A DNA stretch of 59,429 nucleotides from IMG/VR virus record IMGVR_UViG_3300007540_000001, positions 1 through 59,429 of that record; one strand, written 5' to 3'. This DNA is from a virus. Taxonomy: Duplodnaviria > Caudoviricetes. The position numbers and the translations under genes are program-made. Positions within the stretch are counted from its first letter, which is position 1. Each line of letters starts with the position of its first letter. The notes under the pieces were generated by a model. The model worked only from the letters and a program-made list of their open reading frames with translations. It had not been told where the DNA came from and did no database searches. This document shows positions 38,001 to 46,533 of the stretch, piece by piece.

Positions 38001-40817
38001 TTATCTTCTATGTTCTATAAAGAGGCAGATTCTTATGATACGACAGGAACTAAAGAAGGTAAAAAAACAGCTAAAGAAATGAGAGAGTTAGCTGAGTTTA
38101 TACAAAATCTTGAAGAACAATCTATAGAAAATTATTTTCCTAATGTTCGTGAAGGAGATGGAATTTTTAGAATAGTTTGGAAAGGTAAAAAAGATGGTAA
38201 AGAATTTAAAGAAGTAGTATACAGAACTGATATAGTTCAACCTCTATATTATAAAGCCAGAAGTTTTCCGGCATATACAAGAAAATGGGTATTTAAAAAT
38301 TTACCTTCATCCGTATTTGAAACTTATCCAGAAATAGCAGAAGGAAAAGAAGTAGGTTATACTTATGAGTTTCTTACAAAAGAGCAAATGCAGTTTGATC
38401 CTTATGAAGTTGCAGTAGGTACAGATCAAATTCAAGCTTTAGTAGTAGCATCTGATCAGCAGTTAAGGTTACAATCAGGATCAGAAAAAGGAGCTGAAGC
38501 TTTTCAAGAATACATAACTAAAGTTATACAAAATATAAATCTTCAACGAAAGCTTAGTGGATTAAATCAGCACTATCAAAAAAGAAAAGGTATACCGGGA
38601 TATGTTACTCCAATAAATATTAAAGCATATGTTCCTAATTCTTTTTCTATTTATTCTTCTCAAGTAGCTCGATACTTTGCTAGAGCTTCTACAGAAAAAG
38701 CTATGGATGCTGAACTTGAATTATTAAAAAGTCGTGAGCCTTCATCTACAGATGGTACAGGTGAAACTTATTCGGTAAAACCTTTTTTAGGCTCTCATAG
38801 TTTATATACCTTTGGAAAAAAAGCAAAAGATTTTACTTTACGTCCTCAATCAGCTTGGTCTATGGCAAAAAGTATTGCTTTCTATGGTTTTTTAGGAGGA
38901 AATATTTCTTCTATTATGATTAATATGATGCAAGGACATGTAACAGCTATAATGTTAGCTTCAGTTTATGGACCAATGGCTGTTCCTGAAGTAATAAAAA
39001 ATACAGCTAAAGCAGGTGTAATAGCATTTACTTTAACACTACAAAGCACAGGTGGAAGAAAAGGATTATATTTACCATCTTTAAATTCTTCTGAAACTTT
39101 AGTAAGAGAAGATGCAGAAATATTATTAGCTAAGTGGAAAAAAGTAGGATTAAAAAGAGATCAATATCAAATGTTAGCTGACTTAGCTCAAAGAGGAACT
39201 ATTGGAAAAATAAATACCGAAGCTTTATCAGGTAATTCTGATATACAAATGCAATACTTTATGGAAAAGTTTGGAGTAGGTGCAGCATCAAATCCTGTTT
39301 TCAGAACAACAGCTCAAGGTGCTGTTAAAATTACTAACTTAGTAGGTGCTGTATATGCTTATGGAGAATTAGTAAATAGAATAGCTGCTGGATTATCAGC
39401 TTATAATTTATCTAAAAAATATGGTACTTCTAAAATGAATAACTTTAATAGTGCAGAAGTTTTAGATTCTAATTTAGAAGATACAGAAGAAGGTTATACT
39501 AATGTTGCTAATGCTATTGTAAATATGACACAGTTTAGTTTAGATGCATACAATAGACCTTTACTAGCTAGACAATTAGGTGGTGTTCCAGTTCAATTCT
39601 TACCTTTTGTTAAGATGATGATTGATATTCATGGTAATGCTTTAATGGGAAGATATGGTGGAACTCCTCAATTAGGAAAGAGAGAAAGATGGACTGCTCA
39701 AGAAATAAGAGATTTAAAATTACAAGGTGTAGACACAGCTAGAAGAGGACTTAAAGCAGGAGACATAAAAGAAGTAGCTGGAACTAGTCTAGATGCAGGT
39801 ACTATTCCAAATATAAATTTACAATTATTTAAAATTCCTTTACCTAATCTTAGATCTAAAGAAACTGCTACTCTTTTAATTGGTATGACTATGGCTCAAC
39901 TATTTTTTGGAGGAGCTTATGGAATGCCTTATGCAGATGACTTAAATGAAGTTCTTAAATTCTTATCTAAAAAATTAGGAAAGAGCGAACTAGATGTAAA
40001 ATTAGAAATGATTGCATGGATGAATGAGAATGATATTAATGAAAATTTAATAACTTTATTTGAAGAAGGATATGCTAATAGATTAACTGGACTTTCTGTA
40101 AATCATAGGTTCTCTTTAAATATGATTAATAATATAATAAGAAATATGGATAATCCTGCTGCATATATTGGAGGTCCTGCTTTCTCTTTTGCAGAAGGAT
40201 ATGTAACTAGAGCACAAAGATATGCACAAAATGGAGATGTAATAAAACTTGGATTAAGTTTAGTTCCATTTGCACTTACACAAAATATAGCTAAAGGAGT
40301 AGATGCATGGGAAGATGGTGTATATACAGAAGGTAATACTTCTAAGTTACCTCCCGGTGATTTACAAACTTCTTTAATGTATACTATAGGTTTTCAAACT
40401 AAAAAGGTAACTGAGTCTACAGATCAAATGAGAAAAGGAAATTACTTTAGTAAAAAATATCAACCAGTAAGAGCTGATTTTACTAAACAATTAGCTAAAC
40501 TTTATTTTGAACAAAAGATTTTTAGACTTCAAGGAAATATAGCAAGAGCTGAACAAGCAAGAGAGAAAGTTAGAGAGCTAAGAAAAGAAATTAGAGAACA
40601 TGACAGAGCACAAGTAACTAAAGAAGGTGTTAGGGAATATGAAATGATGATTAACCCTAATGGAACTATATATAAAAATGCTCAAAATCAAGCTAACGAA
40701 TGGTTCAGAGCACAGAAAGATCAAATTTTAAATGGTGGTTCTGTAGATTATAGTAGACTTTCTATACCTAATAGAAAATTTAGAAGTAGTTTAAAACGTA
40801 GAAATATTATTGACTAA
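35097..40817 (+). CDS. Large internal virion protein (1906 aa)
   Basis: Size and position after the ejection genes; hydrophobic Ala/Gly segments. Confidence 0.7.
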   Translation: MSKNVLLPNSRVMQFPDNASTAEMNIAINEQFPELFAPEPMEAEVDVPQIIEEKKEPRNPPLSMVFGRAWDQSNLFLGRGIEAYGELTNNQKDIEVGRKWIEANKKELDEWDKKFKEGGYEMLTPKDIKGLGLFGNNEAGAWDFIQQSTAASLPYLLQIIPAAVVGGRALPRIVPKTAKNFLQKYMSPRNQQRLVSGSGSIAGAFLPSSALNIGIAQDEIKTRGGEDLVAPGTAFKYGAGMALLDSLALGPVILGSLTRYGVKPTLKAATATFGKNKALSATGTAFNAINKVIPKGRLGKAGLIGVSQAGSEGLTERLQEILTMEAGYDATGKRVSVEERANRLLEATFAGMAAGFGFGAPVGALTGGSKVPAKMRRATSEQLQQQEMFDQEEVGGRERFGPSLFEQENIIEEEFIPNYDPNQLDLFDAQQEIKDSSIPFQQEINNNIESIRERVLQLFNAGVPIESQIINTQDIQEINKTSPEQTKEIIDTLVSNNDLKEVQTSDGKVVYSLSDKRQDMIKGDSKKAAIMLGEPTNINDKKYIKDIKEKLTETDRTTQDNFDYITWEGDYKGKKIIFETDIESKPGLIKPDGKEGPSKDTQILRVEVEDKDGNRVMLPSINYTGKKTDPVINKGIKQVAEYYETEIPSLISKQKLLGEDFKLDPVLEKELDAIEESRESLMSKGQRGAELVEPLMSKKIITGSIFDSSNDKELLEAFGDEEGVKKFRSEVKYMQDTQRTFGNVDATGTPNRSRNQRTVKDMEYFDPQNPKTLSGHGARLNLYETYMNGTYQTATKFPAFARMYKLLEGYNIIQRQTQAELTDFFRAYANIASIDSQSKARLDRFIIVANILGTDGDFKASVDETSASVVYPLDYKLSAGGERFLSGQEAVDASLGGVNDPSNPNYITIGKPLTLNQSETEAFMMLKRGFKEMADKNIEVTVKYKDGVDSTTYADVVERWKKNGKKETLSSMFYKEADSYDTTGTKEGKKTAKEMRELAEFIQNLEEQSIENYFPNVREGDGIFRIVWKGKKDGKEFKEVVYRTDIVQPLYYKARSFPAYTRKWVFKNLPSSVFETYPEIAEGKEVGYTYEFLTKEQMQFDPYEVAVGTDQIQALVVASDQQLRLQSGSEKGAEAFQEYITKVIQNINLQRKLSGLNQHYQKRKGIPGYVTPINIKAYVPNSFSIYSSQVARYFARASTEKAMDAELELLKSREPSSTDGTGETYSVKPFLGSHSLYTFGKKAKDFTLRPQSAWSMAKSIAFYGFLGGNISSIMINMMQGHVTAIMLASVYGPMAVPEVIKNTAKAGVIAFTLTLQSTGGRKGLYLPSLNSSETLVREDAEILLAKWKKVGLKRDQYQMLADLAQRGTIGKINTEALSGNSDIQMQYFMEKFGVGAASNPVFRTTAQGAVKITNLVGAVYAYGELVNRIAAGLSAYNLSKKYGTSKMNNFNSAEVLDSNLEDTEEGYTNVANAIVNMTQFSLDAYNRPLLARQLGGVPVQFLPFVKMMIDIHGNALMGRYGGTPQLGKRERWTAQEIRDLKLQGVDTARRGLKAGDIKEVAGTSLDAGTIPNINLQLFKIPLPNLRSKETATLLIGMTMAQLFFGGAYGMPYADDLNEVLKFLSKKLGKSELDVKLEMIAWMNENDINENLITLFEEGYANRLTGLSVNHRFSLNMINNIIRNMDNPAAYIGGPAFSFAEGYVTRAQRYAQNGDVIKLGLSLVPFALTQNIAKGVDAWEDGVYTEGNTSKLPPGDLQTSLMYTIGFQTKKVTESTDQMRKGNYFSKKYQPVRADFTKQLAKLYFEQKIFRLQGNIARAEQAREKVRELRKEIREHDRAQVTKEGVREYEMMINPNGTIYKNAQNQANEWFRAQKDQILNGGSVDYSRLSIPNRKFRSSLKRRNIID

Positions 40818-40827
40818 TAACTTTTCC

Positions 40828-40856
40828 TTGTGAGACTTCTACATATCTAATATAAT
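40828..40856 (+). promoter_or_regulatory. Promoter of the glycosyltransferase/lysis operon
   Basis: TTGTGA-17nt-TATAAT. Confidence 0.65.
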
Positions 40857-40862
40857 ACGTAC

Positions 40863-41621
40863 ATGAAAGGAAATAGCATGTTACGAATCTTTATTGGATA
40901 TGATTCTCGTGAGCATGTGCCCTATGAAGTGTGTAAGCATTCCATAAGAAGGCACTCTTCTGCTCCTGTAGATATAATTAAATTAGAACATAGAGAGTTG
41001 CGAAGGCAAGGACTCTTTGATAGACCATGGCGAATAGAAGGTAATGGTCAGTACTGGGATACCACAGATGGTAAACCTTTCTCAACAGAATTTTCTCACA
41101 CTAGATTTTTAGTACCAGAAATATGTAAACGTAATGGAATGACAGAAGGATGGGCAATGTTTTGTGATTCTGATTTTCTTTTTCGTGATGATGTCTGTGA
41201 GTTATTTGATATGGTTAATAATGATTACGCAGTCATGTGTGTTAAGCATGATTATAATCCAGATGAAGGGATAAAGATGGATGGAATGGTTCAACAAAAC
41301 TACAATAAAAAATTATGGTCTTCGCTTGTTCTCTGGAATATCGGACATCCCAAAAATAATCCAATGGACAGGACTAAAGCAAATCATTCTGATGGTTCTT
41401 ACCTGCATCAGTTTGGGTGGTTGGATAATTCTGACATCGGTACTCTACCTCATAGTTGGAACTATGTACCTAACGTCAGCCCAGATACTAACGTGGTTAA
41501 AGCTGTTCATTACAGCCTTGGCGGACCTTGGTTCAGAGACTATAGAGAGACTGAGTATGCCCAAGAATGGCTCAACGAAGTAGAACATTTAAACAGTATA
41601 AGAGGAAGATTTAAGATATGA
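40863..41621 (+). CDS. GT-A glycosyltransferase (GT8/CDI-like)
   Basis: IFIGYDSRE, STEFSHTRFLVP, DSD (DxD), WSSLVLWN, HYSLGGPWF; start may be 40878. Confidence 0.85.
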   Translation: MKGNSMLRIFIGYDSREHVPYEVCKHSIRRHSSAPVDIIKLEHRELRRQGLFDRPWRIEGNGQYWDTTDGKPFSTEFSHTRFLVPEICKRNGMTEGWAMFCDSDFLFRDDVCELFDMVNNDYAVMCVKHDYNPDEGIKMDGMVQQNYNKKLWSSLVLWNIGHPKNNPMDRTKANHSDGSYLHQFGWLDNSDIGTLPHSWNYVPNVSPDTNVVKAVHYSLGGPWFRDYRETEYAQEWLNEVEHLNSIRGRFKI

Positions 41622-43804
41622 GTTATGTAGTAGTTACATCATTTAATGAAGAAGGTTACAGCAAGTATGCACAAGAAATGCTCAAGAGTTTTAAAAAACA
41701 TTGGGATAAAAGTATAACATTAGAAGCATGGTATCATGACTTTGAGTTACCTAAGTCAGCACCTAAAGCTAAGAATATTATTTATAAAAATTTAAATAAT
41801 GTTAAAGATATGTTAGAGTATAGAAAAAAAATGAGCCACATTAGTAGTAATCATACAGGTAAACAACCTTATGATTGGAAAAGAGATTGTATTAAATGGT
41901 GTCATAAAATATATGGTCTAACTGAATCAGCTCGTGGACATTGGCATGATAAAACACATTGGATGTTTTGGTTAGATGCAGATACTATTACTCATTCAGA
42001 TGTTACTGTATCTTTTCTAGACAAATTAACTGCAGGTGATAAAGATATAATACATCTAGGTAGACATGATATAGATTATAGTGAAACTTCTTTCATAGGT
42101 ATTAATCTTTTAAGTATGATGGGTAAAGAATTTCTTGAAGACTTCAGAGGTTGTTATGATGCTGGAGAAACAATAGCATATAGAGAATGGCATGATGGTT
42201 TTATATTTGATAGGCTTCTTATTGTACATAAAGCTCATGGTTTAGTAGCAGATAATTTAACTCCTAATATAAAAGGTATAGATGCTTTTGGTCAATCTCA
42301 TTTAAGTAGTATCATGTATCATAATAAAGGAATGAAGAAAGAACTTAATGCATTAGCTCCTCGTTATAAATTTGTAGGAGATATGGTTGATCATTATAAA
42401 CCTAAAACAATTATAGAAACAGGTACTAATACAGGAGCTCGTGCTCTCATGATGATTCAACATGCATTAAAACATACAGATGCAGTACATTATACTGGGT
42501 ATGATTTGTTTGAAGATACTACTCCTGAATTAAATCTTAAAGAGTTTAATAATAAACCTATGTTTAGTTTAAAAGAGATGGAAGAAAAATTAAAAGACTT
42601 AGCTCTTACATTAAAAGATGGAGGAAAAACTCTTACATATAAATTATATAAAGGTGATGTTAAAACAACTCTTAAAGAAAAAATGAATGCTGACTTTGTT
42701 TTAATAGGTGGTGGTACATCTTATGAAACTGTACATCATACTTATGAAATGCTTAAACATAATCCTCAAGTTGTCTTTGATGATTACTTTGGTAAAGATA
42801 AAGGTGGTAAGAAACCTGATGAAGAATATTGTGGTGTTAATCAAGTAGCAGAAAAGATTACTAAACCTAATTCTGTTTTACGTAGTACTGATCCTTGTTT
42901 AGGTACAGGTCTTATTGGGTTAGTTGTAGTATGTGATAAAAAAGAAAACTTATTTCAACCTAAAGTTCCTATTGTAGTAACTCCTAAAGATAGTATGCCA
43001 AAGGAACATATAATTAATAACATAAAAGAAAACTTTAAACTTATTTCTAAATGGATGAACCATGGATGTACAGCTAATGATGGTACAATTATTTTAGTAT
43101 CTGCTGGTCCTTCATTGGATATAGATTTAATTAAGAAACAAATAAAAGAAAATCCTAAAGCTAAAGTAGTATGTGTTAAACATTCTTATCCTATACTACT
43201 AGAGAATGGTATCAAGCCTTGGGTATGTACTATACTAGATCCTAGACCTGTTACTGGTTTGTCTACTCATGGTATAGTAAGAACAGATTTATTTAAAACA
43301 GTTGATCCTTCTACATTATTTTTAGTAGCTGGTATGACAGATATATCTGTAACTAATTTACTACTAGAGAAACATGCACAGATTATAGGATGGCACGCAT
43401 ATAGTGAGGCAGTAGCACAAGGAGTTCCCGGTATGGATAAGTCTATAACATGGATTACTGGTGGTACTAATGCTGCTATGCGTAGTGTATCTATCATGCA
43501 TACTCTAGGGTTCAGAGATTTTAAACTACATGGTTTTGATTTTAGTTTAAACGAAGAGCCTAAAGAACCAGAGAAACTAGATGATGAAGGTCAGAAAGCT
43601 TTTCTTAAAGTTAATGTAGAGAAAGAACAGTTCTGGACAACAGGAGAATTACTAGCTGGTGCACAGGACTTAGAGAAATTCTTTGATACTAGACCTAAAG
43701 ATATTAGTTTAGAGCTACATGGTACAGGATTAGGTGGTACTTTATGGAAGACTAATGGTAGTAAGAAGCTATCTCCTGATTATAAACAGGTGTTATATGG
43801 CTGA
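41618..43804 (+). CDS. Three-domain protein: GT-A glycosyltransferase + SAM methyltransferase-like + DUF115/Maf-like domain
   Basis: WLDADT (DxD); IIETGTNTG, YTGYDLF, VVFDDY; ILVSAGPSL, GGTNAAMR...LGFRDFKLHGFD. Confidence 0.7.
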   Translation: MSYVVVTSFNEEGYSKYAQEMLKSFKKHWDKSITLEAWYHDFELPKSAPKAKNIIYKNLNNVKDMLEYRKKMSHISSNHTGKQPYDWKRDCIKWCHKIYGLTESARGHWHDKTHWMFWLDADTITHSDVTVSFLDKLTAGDKDIIHLGRHDIDYSETSFIGINLLSMMGKEFLEDFRGCYDAGETIAYREWHDGFIFDRLLIVHKAHGLVADNLTPNIKGIDAFGQSHLSSIMYHNKGMKKELNALAPRYKFVGDMVDHYKPKTIIETGTNTGARALMMIQHALKHTDAVHYTGYDLFEDTTPELNLKEFNNKPMFSLKEMEEKLKDLALTLKDGGKTLTYKLYKGDVKTTLKEKMNADFVLIGGGTSYETVHHTYEMLKHNPQVVFDDYFGKDKGGKKPDEEYCGVNQVAEKITKPNSVLRSTDPCLGTGLIGLVVVCDKKENLFQPKVPIVVTPKDSMPKEHIINNIKENFKLISKWMNHGCTANDGTIILVSAGPSLDIDLIKKQIKENPKAKVVCVKHSYPILLENGIKPWVCTILDPRPVTGLSTHGIVRTDLFKTVDPSTLFLVAGMTDISVTNLLLEKHAQIIGWHAYSEAVAQGVPGMDKSITWITGGTNAAMRSVSIMHTLGFRDFKLHGFDFSLNEEPKEPEKLDDEGQKAFLKVNVEKEQFWTTGELLAGAQDLEKFFDTRPKDISLELHGTGLGGTLWKTNGSKKLSPDYKQVLYG

Positions 43805-44099
43805 TATAATTAACTTTAACTCTAGTAATATCAAGGATCACAACGATAACGGAGAACTTACTCCTGTTGGTAAGGAGAAGGCATTGGAAATGATGCAGAA
43901 ATGTGTTAAGATGTTACAAGATAAGATTGATACAGGAGATGTTGAAGGTCTTGTTCTTCTAATGTTTAGTAAGAACGAACCTGTAATGGATTACTTTGCT
44001 GGATCAATTAAGTTAACTGATTTGTCTTTCTCTTTACAGACAATGATACATAAAATCCATTCGGATTCTTTAATGACTATGGAGGAATATAATGACTGA
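43797..44099 (+). CDS. Hypothetical protein
   Basis: MADIINF start at 43797 within the ORF-track frame. Confidence 0.7.
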   Translation: MADIINFNSSNIKDHNDNGELTPVGKEKALEMMQKCVKMLQDKIDTGDVEGLVLLMFSKNEPVMDYFAGSIKLTDLSFSLQTMIHKIHSDSLMTMEEYND

Positions 44100-44298
44100 A
44101 GAAGTAGGACTTATACAACAATTATGGGCAATGTCTCCTGAGATAATAGCTGCTGTTACATCTATAGTAACTGTTGCTAGTGTAGTAATAGCAGGAACTA
44201 AAACCCCTGATCCAAATTCAGCACTTGGTAAAGTATACAAGGTGCTTGAATGGGCTGCCTTAAATATAGGTAAAGCTAAACAAACTGGGAAGGAATAA
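44092..44298 (+). CDS. Holin-like membrane protein
   Basis: One TM helix, TKTP...KVLEWAALNIGKAK; GGAGG SD; upstream of spanin-like genes. Confidence 0.55.
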   Translation: MTEEVGLIQQLWAMSPEIIAAVTSIVTVASVVIAGTKTPDPNSALGKVYKVLEWAALNIGKAKQTGKE

Positions 44299-44302
44299 TT
44301 CC

Positions 44303-44377
44303 ATGTGGAAGAAACCAATAATGAGAGAAATAGCAGTAGGTCTTGAGATTAATTGCTATGCATGTGCAGAAATTTAG
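44303..44377 (+). CDS. pqqA: PQQ precursor peptide PqqA-like (24 aa)
   Basis: Manual ORF MWKKPIMREIAVGLEINCYACAEI*, with WxxP leader and GxExxxY core; GGAAGGA SD. Confidence 0.85.
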   Translation: MWKKPIMREIAVGLEINCYACAEI

Positions 44378-44380
44378 TAC

Positions 44381-44596
44381 ATGTTTTCTTTTGTCTCAGC
44401 TCTAGCTAATCTTATTACTAAAATCCTACCTTTCATATTAATGAGGAAAGCTGGAGCTGATGCAGCTGTCAAAAAAGGATTAAAGAAAGTTGCAAAACTT
44501 AGAACTAAAAAAGATAAACTTAAAGCAGACATTGCTCGTACTTCCATTAGTGATGTTACTGACAAGCTGCTTAACAAGTGGAAACGCAGTAAATAA
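44381..44596 (+). CDS. i-spanin-like protein
   Basis: Hydrophobic N-terminus, basic helix, overlapping lipoprotein ORF in another frame. Confidence 0.5.
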   Translation: MFSFVSALANLITKILPFILMRKAGADAAVKKGLKKVAKLRTKKDKLKADIARTSISDVTDKLLNKWKRSK

Positions 44597-44708
44597 TTCG
44601 TGTTCTTTAATAGAACCTATTCTTATATCAGATGAGGATAGATTAACGAATGCTACTGCTCGTCAAATTTTAATTCATAACGAAGCATGGGAGCAGCTAT
44701 GTCAGTAG
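44490..44708 (+). CDS. o-spanin-like lipoprotein
   Basis: LLTSC lipobox, CS..EPI...DRLT..TARQILIHN...C; true start is probably further downstream. Confidence 0.6.
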   Translation: MQNLELKKINLKQTLLVLPLVMLLTSCLTSGNAVNNSCSLIEPILISDEDRLTNATARQILIHNEAWEQLCQ

Positions 44709-44815
44709 AAGAATGTAAATGTGGAATGCCTAACTGCACAGGAGAGATTTGTTTATGTGGTGATCAATGTGATTGCATGGTAGATAAAGATGTGGATTAT
44801 GGCGATGAAGATTAG
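44699..44815 (+). CDS. Cys-rich micro-protein (38 aa), metallothionein-like
   Basis: Manual ORF MSVEECKCGMPNCTGEICLCGDQCDCMVDKDVDYGDED*; GGAG SD; fills the gap between neighbours. Confidence 0.7.
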   Translation: MSVEECKCGMPNCTGEICLCGDQCDCMVDKDVDYGDED

Positions 44816-45206
44816 AGAAGATACAGGAGTTGATTTAAGTATTAGAAATATTTTAAGTATTGTTATAGCTGTTGCTGTAGCAGTATGGGCATACTTCGGT
44901 GTGATAGAACGTATTAATAATATAGAAACAAATTATAAACTTGTTAACTCTGATATAGAAAAAAATACAAACTTTAGAATCCTCTGGCCTAGGGGTGAAC
45001 TGGGTTCTTTACCTGATGATGCTAAACAGTTTATGTTAATAGAACATCTTACAAGTGTTATTGCTAAACATGAGCAGTTACTAGAAGATGGTATGCACAA
45101 CAAAGTAAACTTAGAATTTTTACATGGACAAGTAGAAAAGATACAAGAGGATGTAGAAAAACTAAAAGAAAAAGTTAGAAAAAATGGTAACGGAGTAGGG
45201 CACTAA
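44790..45206 (+). CDS. Membrane-anchored coiled-coil protein
   Basis: TM helix VAVWAYFG, WPRGELGSLPDD. Confidence 0.75.
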   Translation: MWIMAMKIREDTGVDLSIRNILSIVIAVAVAVWAYFGVIERINNIETNYKLVNSDIEKNTNFRILWPRGELGSLPDDAKQFMLIEHLTSVIAKHEQLLEDGMHNKVNLEFLHGQVEKIQEDVEKLKEKVRKNGNGVGH

Positions 45207-45355
45207 TGGCTAAACGTGGATTGTATGCAAATATAAATGCTAGAAAAAAGAAAGGTATAAGTCGTAGTAAAAAGAAAAGTACTATTAGTGCTAAGGCATA
45301 TGCAAACATGAAGAAAGGGTTTCCTAAACGTGGCAACAAAAAGAAAAAAAAGTAA
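45206..45355 (+). CDS. Small Lys-rich protein (49 aa)
   Basis: Manual ORF MAKRGLYANINARKKKGISRSKKKSTISAKAYANMKKGFPKRGNKKKKK*. Confidence 0.8.
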   Translation: MAKRGLYANINARKKKGISRSKKKSTISAKAYANMKKGFPKRGNKKKKK

Positions 45356-45623
45356 CATGAAGGGAATGACTATTGGTAGTGGAGCAAAGAGACCTACCAA
45401 GAAAGGTGCTGGTTTATCAGCCAAGGGAGTTGCTAAGTATCGTAGGCAGAATCCGGGAAGTAAATTAAAGACTGCTGTAACGGAGAAGAAACCTAAAGGT
45501 AAAAGAGCAGCAAGAAGAAAGAGTTACTGTGCTCGTTCAGCAGGACAGATGAAGAAGTTTCCAAAGGCTGCAAAGAATCCTAACTCAAGATTGAGACAGG
45601 CAAGAAAGAGATGGAGATGTTAA
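45330..45623 (+). CDS. Basic phage protein (RKSYCARSAG...WRC type)
   Basis: NPGSKLKTAVT, RRKSYCARSAGQ, NSRLRQARKRWRC. Confidence 0.8.
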   Translation: MATKRKKSNMKGMTIGSGAKRPTKKGAGLSAKGVAKYRRQNPGSKLKTAVTEKKPKGKRAARRKSYCARSAGQMKKFPKAAKNPNSRLRQARKRWRC

Positions 45624-45847
45624 TGACTAATAAAGAACTAATGATTAATGCTGCAATAAAACACTTTGAATCTGAAAGAGATTTAGCTGTGGCTAATGCA
45701 CAAATATATTTAGATAAACCTACAGGTATAGGTGAACATGGAAATGTAGTTCAAGAGTTTACTGTTCAAGTAAAGAAAGCAGCTGAAGCACAAGACGCAT
45801 TAGATATGGTGCTTGATATGTTTGCAGAGGATCACGATTATGATTAA
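45623..45847 (+). CDS. Hypothetical protein (GIGEH motif)
   Basis: ORF-track frame; TAATG coupling. Confidence 0.75.
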   Translation: MTNKELMINAAIKHFESERDLAVANAQIYLDKPTGIGEHGNVVQEFTVQVKKAAEAQDALDMVLDMFAEDHDYD

Positions 45848-46184
45848 ATTTATATTACCTTTTATACTACCTGCTATAGTTATTGTTGCAGGATTAACAC
45901 ATGCACAAGATATGTCACCACAAGAGAATGAAAATGTTTTTCAAAGACAAGTAACTAAAACATTAATATGTGCCAAGCATGAATATCTTACAAATGATTT
46001 AACCAAAACTCATAACGAAGAAAGAAAATGGTTTGGAGTAGCAGGTGATAACCTAGCTGAGTTGTTTGTTAATAAAGAGAATGGCAGTTGGACAATCATT
46101 CTTACTGGAAGAGACAAGGTAGCTTGTGGTTTAGTAGGTGGAGACTATGGTTCACAGTTTATAGAAGAAGAAACGGACCTATAG
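45840..46184 (+). CDS. Secreted/periplasmic hypothetical protein
   Basis: Signal-peptide-like N-terminus; C...LFVNKENGSWTIIL...C pattern. Confidence 0.7.
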   Translation: MIKFILPFILPAIVIVAGLTHAQDMSPQENENVFQRQVTKTLICAKHEYLTNDLTKTHNEERKWFGVAGDNLAELFVNKENGSWTIILTGRDKVACGLVGGDYGSQFIEEETDL

Positions 46185-46275
46185 TAGTTAAATCTATTTA
46201 ACGGATGTATAAAAAGGATACAGAAGAAGTGGTATTAATAGGGTACTAAGGTATACCGAAGGGTATTAGAGGGTA

Positions 46276-46325
46276 CTCCTGCCTCATTTATGGAGCAAAA
46301 ATCTGAGGCAAGGAGCACATTTTTA
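46276..46325. terminator. Hairpin between convergent operons
   Basis: CTCCTGCCTCA / TGAGGCAAGGAG followed by a short T tract. Confidence 0.5.
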
Positions 46326-46484
46326 TTAAAGAGCCTTTAAATCTTCCTTACACTCTTTAATTTTACTATCTATTTCTTTTTTGTATTCTTCAAGACTATC
46401 TATCTTACTTTGAATACTTTCTTTCCATCTTCTCTCAATAACTTTTTGAGGAACGACAGGTTGTTCTACATAATAATGAAACAT
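46326..46484 (-). CDS. Small coiled-coil protein (52 aa)
   Basis: Manual ORF MFHYYVEQPVVPQK...KEDLKAL*; AAGGAG SD; own promoter. Confidence 0.7.
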   Translation of the reverse strand: MFHYYVEQPVVPQKVIERRWKESIQSKIDSLEEYKKEIDSKIKECKEDLKAL

Positions 46485-46504
46485 TAGTTTCTCCTTCCCA
46501 CCTA

Positions 46505-46533
46505 TATATGGGTATTCATTATTGATTTGTCAA
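46505..46533 (-). promoter_or_regulatory. Sigma70-like promoter
   Basis: TTGACA-17nt-CATATA. Confidence 0.55.

Noticed and set aside
3465-45424. Minus-strand ORFs in the track overlapping structural genes (e.g. 3874, 4155, 12785, 18854, 35666) and nested + strand ORFs (21690, 23850, 41281)
   Set aside because: Shadow frames of well-supported genes, with no motif support
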